A stretch of DNA of 64,000 nt from Callorhinchus milii (taxonomy: Eukaryota). Numbering within the stretch: position 1 is the first letter of the stretch; each line of letters starts with the position of its first letter. The translations under genes were made by a program, and so were the position numbers. The DNA is taken from positions 58,716,001 to 58,780,000 of the forward strand of contig NW_024704742.1 of assembly GCF_018977255.1 (NCBI RefSeq), written 5' to 3'. The notes under the pieces were generated by a model, which saw only the letters and a program-made list of their open reading frames with translations, was not told the DNA's origin and made no database searches. Positions 40,222-51,313 of this stretch are shown here, piece by piece.

Positions 40222-40644
40222 TTAATCCTTCCATTTGATGTAGCACCTTATCGTAGAGACGTCACAAAGAACTTCATAGGATTTTACTGTAAACTGTAAT
40301 GACTTTGTGTTTTACAGACGAAAGCAGCAGGCAGTTTGTGCACAGCAATGTCCCATACACAGCCATAAAGAATGACCAATTTCATCTGGGCGATTGTTAG
40401 CCAGGACACAGGGTGAAACTCCTTTCTGTTTTTGAATATAGCCATGGAATCTTTAACATCCACCTGAACAAGCAGACAGGATCTCGGTTTAATATCTCAT
40501 CCGAATGATGGCACCTCCTGCAGTGCAGCGCTCTCTCCAGCCCTGCATTGTCAGTGTCAGCCAGACCGTGAGTTCAAAGTCTCCAAGTGGGACTTGAACC
40601 TAAAACCTTCTGACTCAGTGCCACCAACTGAGCCAGGCTGACAA
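40222..40644 (-). mobile_element. SINE family A, full length
   Basis: TGTCAGCCTGGCTCAGTTGG head through tail. Confidence 0.85.
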
Positions 40645-41014
40645 CTGGAAAGGTGGCTAATTTAAGGTATCTCTGAATGGGATTCCTTAATAAGGAAACC
40701 ATGTTGATGGGTCAATGGAAACTCTAATGGCATCACTTATTAAGGAATTCCATTAAGAAATATCGCAAATTAAACCCCTAGGAGTGTTAGCAATCATCTT
40801 CCAAACCATTCAACTAAAAGTTTTTCCCACTTTCGTTCTCGTCCATTATTGTTATTTCTAAGTAACTAAGTTTGTCAGCTGCTGCTCATGTTTTGGGTTT
40901 TAAGCTACTCTTTCACAGCTCCATTCAATGTGCAGAGCTGTTGTTAAAAAAGTACAGTATACTGTCTCCACTCATGTGTCTACAAGGACATTTACAGGAA
41001 TGAGATAGTTTTCT

Positions 41015-41250
41015 CAGCATTTCACAGAATATCTGTAAAGTGGATTGACTGTGGGCAAAACATGGCAGCCGATTGCACACAACAGTCTCCCCCAAACAGT
41101 TGTGGATTGAGTGACCAAATTAAAAAAAGGATTTTGAGGGATTATTACCCCCGGAAAAGCGATCCGCCAACCAACTAACAACTGGGTTCTTACTTACTGC
41201 TAGGTAAACAAAGGTGTCTGAAGTAAGGAAACTTACCCAACCTTTCGTCC
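41015..41250 (-). mobile_element. SINE family B, long variant, headless
   Basis: Central domain and part of tail. Confidence 0.75.
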
Positions 41251-41444
41251 TAAATGCTCATTGTTCCTACAAATGGATTTAACAAAGTTTTCATGGTATT
41301 ATCCAAGAGAACCAGGATAGTGAAGGGACTCCAGGGAGAAGAGATTGAATTTATTAATTGTACTCTTGCCCTTTTAAAGTTCCCCAAACAAAAACAATGC
41401 TGAAGAGAACTTTGTCCCAGTAGAATTTTGGCTTTTTTGACGTT

Positions 41445-41761
41445 AATAATAATAATAATCCTTGCATTTGATATAGCGCTTTTCACGTCGGGAGGACGTC
41501 CCAAAGCGCTTCACAGAACACACTGTAAAGTGAATTGACTGTATATTTGTGGGCGAAAGCGGCAGCCAATTGCGCACAGCAATGTCCCACAAACAGTCGT
41601 AGATTGAAAATGACCAATTTATTATTGTTTTTTGTTTTTGGAGGGATTATTATTAGGCGTGAGGAGTAAGGAAACTTGCCCAAGGTTTCGCCCTGCCTGG
41701 AATTGAACTCAGGTCTCTCGCTTGCAAAGCGAGTGCTCTAACCACTGAGCTACAGGACTCC
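41445..41761 (-). mobile_element. SINE family B, short variant, full-length young copy
   Basis: GGAGTCCTGTAGCTCAGTGGTTAGAGC..GAGTTCAATTCC head; (ATT)n tail. Confidence 0.9.
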
Positions 41762-41790
41762 ACAATCAGTTAATCAGTTTGTTGCTTCAG

Positions 41791-42205
41791 TGTCAGCCTC
41801 GCTCAATGGTAGCACTCTTTACTCTTGAGTCAGAAGATTCTGGGTTCAAGCCACACATGGGGATTTTGATTTCACAGTCTAGGCTGACACTACAATGCAG
41901 TGCTGGGGTTACACTGCATATTCAGAGGTGCCATCCTTTGGATTAAATGTTAACTGAAGTTTTGTCTGCCTAGTTAGGTGGATGCTAAATATCCCACAGT
42001 GCTATTCGCAAAGATACGAGTTGCTCCTGGTAAGAATCCCCAGATTGTATAATTCATGACTATTTGTGGGACATTGCCGGGGGTAAATTGGCTGTTGCCT
42101 TCACTTAATAAATACAGTCACTACACTTTATAATAAATCCTGTGGAAACGCTTTGAGATATCCTCCTGAGGTGAAAGATTCTTTATCAAATGCAATGATT
42201 ATTTT
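41791..42205 (+). mobile_element. SINE family A, full length
   Basis: Head, core, tail. Confidence 0.8.
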
Positions 42206-42611
42206 AACCCTACACACAGTCAAATGGATTTGGAATCTGAATGTTGAATTAAATCTGACTCATAAATTTTGAAAATGAACTGCTATAATTAACTGAAATC
42301 AAAGATTGGCTGTTACAGATTTGCAGCAAAGGAATACCTTAACTGATTGCTTGGGAAACCTAGTGAAGGGAAACAAACAGAAAACAGCTAAATCCAGTAC
42401 CAGCCTCCAGTGCGTTAAAGCTTCCCCAACAACTGCACTGCCCACTTCAACTCTTAACGTGATTTTTTTTTCCTTTTCCATTTGTTGCTGTTCTGCAAAG
42501 TTATTGCAGTGAGTCTCCATTATCTTTTTCCATGGGTTTTACTGCTTACCCAATAGGTATCAAAATATACTGTACCTTTCAAAGTGGACAGCTGTGGAAA
42601 TTGTATTATAT

Positions 42612-43046
42612 AATAATAATCCTCGCATTTGTTATAGCATCTCATCATGCTATCAAGACGTCTCAATACACTACGCAAGATTTCCGATAATGTGTAGAGT
42701 CTATGTATACATAGGCAAACACAAAAGCTGATTTGTGCACAGCAATGTCCCAGAAATAGCCATAAAGTGAATGACTAATTTTTATTTGGGGGAATTATTG
42801 GCCAGGACACAACTCCCTACCTTTCTTGAATGGTGCTATGGGTTCTTTAACGTCTACCTGGACAGGCAGACGGGACCTCCATTTAACATCTCATCCGAAG
42901 AATGGCATCTCCAACAATGAAGTGTTTCCCCAGTGCTGCACTTGAATGTAAGCATAAATTTTAAGCTTGATGTCCCCACGTGGGTCTTTAACCCAGAACC
43001 AACTGATTCAGAAGCAAGAGTGCTATCAACTGAATCAGACTGACAC
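42612..43046 (-). mobile_element. SINE family A, full length
   Basis: Head, core, tail. Confidence 0.8.
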
Positions 43047-43671
43047 CTTAAAGTTGTAGAACTTTCTTTACAGAGTGTGAGCTGTTGGTTGGTTGTCTTG
43101 TAAGTCATTTCACCAATTTGTAAACAGGACCGCTCACAATACCACAACATGCGCATGAATGATCACATCTGGCCCAGCACATTTAAATAAATGTTTAAAA
43201 CATAATGCATTCATTTATCCTGCCTGTTTCACAAACTTAGCTTCACTAAGTCTGAACAGTCATTGGTCCAATGCCCTTTCATTTTAATGATCTGGGAATC
43301 ACAAACAGCAGTCTTGATATTATGTTTCAGACTTCAAAACGTATCTCTGTGGCATCAAACCTGTTTTACTTAGATCTGCTAACTCAGCATAGACCTTGGA
43401 TCTTCCTGATCCATATGGCTGAGAGCCCACCACACATTGTGTTTACGCAGCAATCCACAAGAGGCCAGTATTCATGTGCATTTCCAAAAGTTTTGATGTC
43501 TTCAAGGTATTTTCCTGCCGGCTTTATGATGCTAAAAGTTTTTATTTGTTATTTTCTTGTTAAAGTCTCACTATAGTCATTATGCTATGGTTATCTTGTC
43601 ATGGTGAAGTAAAGCAGATTGATGAAGAAAATGCAATCTCTGTCATATTTACATGTCCTAAATGTATTATT

Positions 43672-43965
43672 ATTAATAATAATAATCCTTCCATTTGGTA
43701 TAGTGCCTTATCACGCTGGAAGAACGTCTCAAAGCGCTTCATAGAATTTACTATGAAATGGAGTGACTGTGTATTTGTAGGCAAGTGCAGCAGCCCAGCT
43801 GCTCACAAACAGTGTCCCAATGTCATCCAAAGGACGGCACCTCCAACAATGCAGCACAACCCCAGCACTACACTGGACTATCAGTTTAAACTATACAAGA
43901 TCAAGTCCCAACATGGGTCTTGAACCCACAACCTTCTGCCTCAGAGGCGAGAGTACTACCAATGA
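43672..43965 (-). mobile_element. SINE family A, internally deleted
   Basis: Head and tail with the later core missing. Confidence 0.7.
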
Positions 43966-45221
43966 GCAACTTGTTCAAAAAGGCACCAACTGCAAAACAT
44001 CTTCCATGGTATTCAGTCTTCAGACAATGCTCTTAAAATCGAAGACCACGCAAAGCTTTTGGGAGAGAAAATTTTTTTTAGATTTCGTCTTAATTTTTTT
44101 AAGATGTTTTTCTGAAAAAACGGAATCTGGCTTCCAAATTAAGACTGAATTTATGAGGTTTGCAAAATTCTGTACCATCTACAATTTTAAGGCTAAAGAC
44201 ATGAAATATTTTGGGCCTCATCCATCCTCAGTGACTGTGGATGTTTATTTTCTTGCAGAAACTCAGAGGACAAAACTACACGGGAGCTGGATGTCAGCTG
44301 GGAGAACTAACCACTCCTCCCACCACATTTTGATGTTATCTTACAATCCATGTTACCAACATTGGTTTGAATGAGGAGCATGGCGAGGATTTCCCCACTG
44401 TTTGCGATGCTCGCTGGTGCGTCCAAAGCAAAACAGTTCCTCTGGGAGCTCTTAGCAGTGAGCTTGGGGGCAGCAATCCACTCATCTCACTGTTCTTGAT
44501 TTGTTTATTTAATTTTATAAACAAAAGGCTTGACTAATTCCGCTGTGTGCTTTCAAGTTTTGCTGTTTAAATATTTGAAGCCTTTGGAGACTAGAATCAG
44601 CTAGAATGTCATTTATTGTCAGTATGAAACCCTTTCGTTTCATGGGATTCAAATTTCATGGTTTTAGAAACACTGACACATTAATTGCATTTTAATTCCC
44701 TTGTCTAAAAGCGCTAAGGTGCATTACGAATGACCAATATTCATTATATTTTTCTTTAATTTCTTTCACCAATATCTCCACTCCTTATCCTCCCCAAAGG
44801 CATTTGACTCCTTTCCTCCTGCCAAAATATCGTGATGCAAGCATCAATTGTCCACAAGCACCTCACTCGAGTAGCTATTATTCATTTAGGAGCCTCGAGA
44901 ATGAACATCAGCAGGCATCATAACTGAGCTTCTTCCAACAGGAGTGTCTGGCTAGCAATCAGGAGCAGGAACCTTACTTGATTTTCCCCTCCCAAGCTCA
45001 GTGTCTTGGGGCCGACTATAGCACCTGAATTGCATTATTGCAATTGCTGTACCAATGGACATCAACTTATCCAGTCTTGTTCTCATTAGACATTTAAATG
45101 CGCACACGTTCCTCCAAGGTAACTGTGTAGCAATAGAGCAGAGAAATCCTACCCATTTATTCCCTTCCACAGCCCGAGGACATTAAATGTAGCATGCTCA
45201 CCGAGACAATAATAGCAGAAA

Positions 45222-45495
45222 TAATTCCTGAATTTGATAGAGCACCTATAGCATCGAGAACATTTTCTGCAAAGTGTAGTTTTCGTATAATTCGTGGGTG
45301 AACACAGCCAGTTTGCATACAGTGACATCCCACAACTATGAAAAGGAATGACCAATTTTATCCAGAGGATTGTTGGCCAGGACACTGGGAGAAACTCTCT
45401 TCTCTTTCCGAATAGTGCTGTGGAATCTTTAATGTCCTCCTGAACAGGCAGAGGGGACCTCAGTTTAACACCTCATTTGAACGATGGTACATCTA
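45222..45495 (-). mobile_element. SINE family A, 3' half
   Basis: Core and tail. Confidence 0.7.
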
Positions 45496-48400
45496 AACTC
45501 TTTCATTTCCCTCTCTGACACTATACCCACCATCATCTGTTTTCTGCAAGCGCTTCTAGATGTCCCCCTGACATGAAAAGTGCTAGATTGTAAATTGTAA
45601 TATAATTGTATTGAATCTGAGATGGCAGACGCTATATCAAATGAAATGATTATTATTTTCATGTTTTGTCTTAGAGACTCAACAGCCTGAGCATCCGCCA
45701 ATGCTGTTATGCAAATGACCATTCTGTGTAGAAGATGGAGGTGGATGAATTGCCTTTCCCTAATCTATACGCCTACCCGCTCCCCCTCCAGTGATCAGAG
45801 CGAAGTCACATGCATAATTACTATTGTAACTCAGCCAGCTGATAGTTTAACTGGAATACCATTGTTCCATCCTTCGGAAAGATAATTAAGGAACATATCT
45901 ATAAAAAACACTACCTTCCCCTTTTCACTTGTATAATGTAAACTTACAGGTTTCAAGAATTCCCCACCCTCCAGCTTTGTACAGTTAGCAAGAACTATCT
46001 TTCATGTGGCACCCTGCAGGTAAATGAGATGCAATTCAATACAATATTGAGCAACTATTTTTATTTAAAGTCATTCCAAGGCTTAGTTCTGTACTGTTTC
46101 TAAGGATCATCTTGTCAATTTCATGGTCAGTTTCAGACCCTTTAAAGAAGCTGATCTGCTTTGCTGAAGCTGTTAGCAGTAGAAATTTGCTGATGAGAAG
46201 CCATGACTTGCTGGGAAATAATTCATCGAGCGATCTTGCGAGATAAGTGGATTAAATACAGTCCCAATTTCACAAGCTGAATTTTTTTTGTGAGCTACGA
46301 TAGCTGACCTTGTATTGTCAGTTCCAATAATAAAATATACCATTTTACAATTAAAATAGTTGCTTCTGTTCCCTTTGATGGTTCAATAAGTTTATCCAGT
46401 GATCAGCTAAGTGATACAAGACTTTTTTTTGACAAAAATTAAATCAAAAAATTTGTGTTCATCAAGAACCACACCCTCCATCTTGGAAAACAACATGGCT
46501 ATCTGTGACTTCTTTCACTTCTTTCTCCGGCACCCACACCATTCTTCTTGTAGGCCAAAAAGAACACCTCATCATTAGAGAAGAGACCATCCAACAAGCC
46601 TGGCCCAGAATAGCTGCAATTTATCTAATGGAGCATGATTGATGGGCACAATAGGTTTTCAACTCACAACACCTTTGACTGACAGAGACAAGAACAGTGG
46701 TAATTGAACTTCATTTCAAACACCTCTAAAAGACCTGTAAAAGGAGCAAGTAAAAGAAGGACCAAACATCCTGCTAAAGTTGCGACTGCATTGTGAACCC
46801 CTGCTTATCAAAGCAACTATATGTTTTATCCTGTAGCTGGCACTAGACATATAACTGCTCTATTGTTGTGGAGAACTGGGGCTGAGTTCTCACAGTACTA
46901 AGATACACAGGCTGAGTTCTCACCTGGGTCTAGATTTACTCTATGCGATAATTTAGGATGTCCAGACTTCGGCAAATTGCTGAATTTAATCTTAACTTTG
47001 AATGTGGTTTCCTGTAGTTCTTAAAAGAAACTTGTAATTAGAGCCATGTTTAAGAATTTGTCAAATTCTGCCTGTTCAGAATGCAACTTTAATAGAATTA
47101 AATCTAAACCCAGTTGGAATTTTACTCCTGGGTTACAGTATTTGACTTCCAATTCACAGATTGCAACTTTCCACTGCTAGTGTGCAGGAATCCCATTTTT
47201 CTAATAAACAAATACATACAACGGCAGTATCCTGTTAGTTGGTAGTGAAAATGTGCAATACACAAACCAAATTCATTCAATGTATGAAATATCAGATTGC
47301 TAACTGGCCCTCGTGTCTCCATGAAAACATGTTTGGTAAATTTTTTATTTCCTTAGAAAAGTATAAAAATGGTAGAAATGGTCTAAAGCTAATCATAATC
47401 TCATCATGTCTTCAGTTTTTCACTCCAATGCCTCTTTCAACATACTCGGCCCCGTTTGTTTTTAAGACAATCCTTTCTTCATTGATCTGTTCTTGAATAG
47501 CTCATGCATACTGAGCAATAAAAAAACAGCTATTATAAATAGATGTACCAATTATAATGTGCACTAAATATACTACCTCCCACACCATTGACCTTCAATT
47601 ATCACTTGATATATCTGCACAATCTTTCACTAATACTGTTCACACATGGCTGCTCATTAATAAGGCTATCATGCAATTGGTCTCTGGCACAATGATCATT
47701 GTGAGGAAAAAGCAACTCAAAAAATCAAATGAAATTATCAACATGAGCTTCACAATAATTGTTGGTTAAAAATACCCCAACAGAAATATATCAAAGAGTT
47801 CAAATACTTCTGCTTTATGGCATCTTTGAATCATTTGACCACATAGCTGCCTTGTAATTATTGGTATCTATCCATGGTAGATATTAGCTTTCATTTTTAA
47901 TGAACTGTGCTATGTTTTGTTTACCCTCAAAATTGCAGCCTCATTAACATCTGATGGGGCATTGCATGGGGACAGCAGCAGTAAGTTAGCAAGTGGGCAG
48001 TTTGGCAGAAACAGACAAAGTATTTCAGCAAGCCGCTAATGGCTACATTTCCCAGCTCCATCATTTGCAAGTGGTGTCCTTACTGGAACAGAACATGGCA
48101 TTAACAGAGACTTCTGGCACCGTATATTATGTACAATAAAGAAAGGGATAGATCACTTGTGTCAGCACTCAGCATATCTTAGCAACCAAAACTTCATTGT
48201 CAAGTTATAAGTGTAGATTAAGCCAGTTATAAGGTGTCCTCTTATAAGACAGATTCACTTATAAACAGTGTCAATAGAAAATTGCAGAAATATTTGCCAA
48301 AAATGTTGGTAACATTTGATAGTTGATTGGTGCTATTGATAGGTATATTTTACTGCCAACCTACATTTTTTCACTTTATTGATAACGACTAAACATGAAG

Positions 48401-48572
48401 AAATAATACACATTAGATTATTACAAAAAAAATTAATGGTTTCTTTAACAAAAACTGGGTGTGTCACTCGGGGGTGGGGGTTGGGGGTGCACTGGCGCAG
48501 GGCCAAAGGGTCCGTTTCCACACCAAACTACATTTGAAGGCCAGTGACTGCGGGGATCCAGGAGGCCCGCCA

Positions 48573-48980
48573 CCACACACAGACACAGAGAGAGAGACAC
48601 ACACAGACACAAACACAGATACACACACACACATACACTCACAGAGAGAGACAAATACTCACAGGCACAGAGACACGCACTTGCAGACAGCGACAGAGAC
48701 ACACACAAACATACTCACAGACACACACTCATACAGTGTGTATATTATGACACATACACTCAAAGGCACACGCTCACTCAGCCACACACTCACAGACAAA
48801 GAGAGAGACAGACACACTCACAGATACAGTGACACACACACACACACACACACACAGGCGAGAGCCACAGAGACACTCACAAACATACACACATACACAT
48901 TTAGACACAGACCCACAGACAGAGAGAGAGACACTCTTTCACACACACATACATACACACAGAGAGAGACACACAGACAA
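48573..48980. repeat. Compound (AC)n/(AG)n low-complexity tract
   Basis: About 400 nt of interleaved ACAC, AGAG and ACAG runs. Confidence 0.9.
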
Positions 48981-51008
48981 TCTCAACAGCGGGGTCTCAG
49001 AGTGAAGCGAATCCCATTTCCCGCTCACACCGCACCACGCATGTGTGTCCGGAGCCGCTCCACCCACAGTAGAGGCGTTGAGTAAACAGCCGGCAGCAGT
49101 GCACAGAGGCCCAGGGCCCCAAGTACACTGGGTTTTTACAGGTTTGTAGCAGAGGAGAACGTTTGTAGGGGAGGGTTTGTTTGTTGCGGGGTGGGGGGGG
49201 AGTGCGGGGTGTGTGCGTTTGTTGCAGAGGGGTTGTTTGTAGGGATTCCGTGGAAAAATTGTGGTCGCACATTTTTGTTGGCCCAGCTTGTTTACGCACA
49301 ATGGGTGCTTTGATGTGTGGACTGGCTTTACGGTATATCCCATGAAATGTTTTGAGACGTCCTCCTGATGTGAAAGGTGCTATATCAAATGTAAGGATTA
49401 TTATTAAATCAGATGCCACAATGTACCTCCTGGGTCGTCTGTTCACAACTCTGCGTAAAGTAATTCAATCTGAAATGTCAGTTCACCAAGCTTCCATACA
49501 TATGTGAAACCTGTTGCCAGAAGCTAGGGCTGATCAAAACACTTCAATATATTTTAAAAACATGATGTCTACATGAAGGAGAAGGGAGTTGAGGGATATA
49601 GGAGAGGGGAACAGGAGGAGTAGGAGCTTGTTTAGAGTATAAACACTGGCACCGGCTATTTGGGCTGAATGGCCTGCTTTCATCTCATGTCATTCTATGC
49701 AATTTTATGCAACATACATACAGATACATGGATGCAGACGGAAAGGAATGAACAATGGCCAAGTGGTCTATTAGGTTAACTCTGAGAAGGAGCCACCTCA
49801 TTGCCCCTACCTCGCAGTGTACACCTACACATCTCTCCCGGTGCTGGTCACTCAAGTTAACTTCCAGGGGAGGCAAAAATCAGAGAAAAAACACAAAAAA
49901 ACACCAATTCGGGGGAAAAAAGGATTTGTGCAAAAAATTATTCTGGATTCCCGAGGACAATCCAGCGATCTCCAGGAGTAATGGCATCAGCGGCACTGAG
50001 CCACTATCAAAACAAAATCATTGCTAGATATCCCCTTTACCTTATTAACCTGCCCTGGACATCACTAAGCAGATTTGGTTTCATTTGGATACTTTTAGGC
50101 ATAGAAAGTGGGATTCCATGTGACCCAAAAAAAGTACCTTCCCCCTTCTGAGCTCAAACAATGTGTCCGTGTTCACATTATTATTATTATTATTATGTTC
50201 ACACATTAATGCTTCAATATTGAGTCTCTGTCAAAACTAGAACTTCCCTAACACTTTTTGAAATGTTAAAGGCCCGTCATCCTGCCTGGTCTTAGCCTTT
50301 AAAAAAACATTTTGGCTTCCAGCAGAAACAGAATTATGGAAAACCGTTCAATTCAGTCTTAATTTGAAAGCTATTTTTCTACAGTTTTTTTTAAAAAACA
50401 GCTTTAGGTTTAAATTGTGGTTGAATCAAGTAAAAATTGATTTGCAAAATGTCACAATTTTTATTTTTAAAACAAAACAGCCTTAAAGGTTTAGATGAGG
50501 TGAAATTCTGGACCATTTTCTCTCTAGAATTTTAATACTGAAGAGCGTGAAAAGCAGGACTACAGAAATTTATGGAATTAAATTAAATTTCTAATTTAGA
50601 AAACGTAATACGAAATCTAGTCCATTTGTCACATAAGTCTAAGGTTTGGATGAAACTTGTTTTTTTGCTGCTGCTGTAACACAGTCAAGCCTTTACATTT
50701 ACTCATTTATTTTGGGTCATGGTTTGTTTTTACCAGACTCATGCCACAGATAGCCTGATCACCACACAGATAAAACAGTGTCTCACAACACTTTATGCCC
50801 CAAACATTGTAGAACAAAATTGAATAATTCAATTCTACCGCTTTCTGATTTGTAAAGAATTTACTGAAAGGAATTCTTTAGCATAAGCAAATCTAAGCAA
50901 CCAAGCATCACCATGAAAAGAAGGGAAGTGATGGGAAAGTGGGGGAATATATTAACACAGCATTCACTTAAAATGTATGTTAAAATGAAAGAAGTCCTTT
51001 TTCTTTAC

Positions 51009-51237
51009 CTGGTCTAGTGTATTCATCAGCTTCCCTGTGAACAAGATCTGTAACTCTATTTCCATACATCAGCCTTGTGTCATGATCATAGGCCTTAAGG
51101 GTTTCACTGGAGCTGTAGGATTTCTGAGTGGGCACTCGACACTCGTCGTTGTCCACTGAGGAATTTGTGTAGCGTCGCTCTTTGTCTCGTCTGGTTTTGG
51201 TGAGGGAGCAGTACGGCCTTCGTTCTTTCACATCCAT
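51009..51237 (-). CDS. TENM3: Teneurin-3, first coding exon (intracellular N-terminus)
   Basis: Translates [76 protein letters not shown], which I recognise as the vertebrate TENM3 N-terminus. Ends at phase-1 donor CCAG|GTAAAG (GT at 51008-51007); 229 coding nt. Confidence 0.97.
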
Positions 51238-51313
51238 ATTTCAGGCATTATGTAGTGTCCACATTCAATGTGATGCGTTCTTATCTCCGTTCCGACGCTC
51301 AATTCAGCAAGAC
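51238..51313 (-). other. TENM3: 5' UTR part of the first TENM3 coding exon
   Basis: Pyrimidine-rich acceptor TTTATTTTGTCTTGTCCAG|GTC (AG at 51315-51314) lies 76 nt upstream of the ATG. Implies an upstream non-coding exon that I did not locate in this window. Confidence 0.75.

Larger units (their letters stand above)
39642..51008 (-). other. TENM3: TENM3 intron between the two coding exons (11,367 nt)
   Basis: GT...AG boundaries with compatible phase. Confidence 0.9.

Noticed and set aside
43820..44374. 184-aa ORF
   Set aside because: Runs through an antisense SINE and the palindromic repeat; no protein-like features.
48459..49085. 208-aa Thr/His-rich ORF
   Set aside because: Translation of the AC/AG microsatellite.
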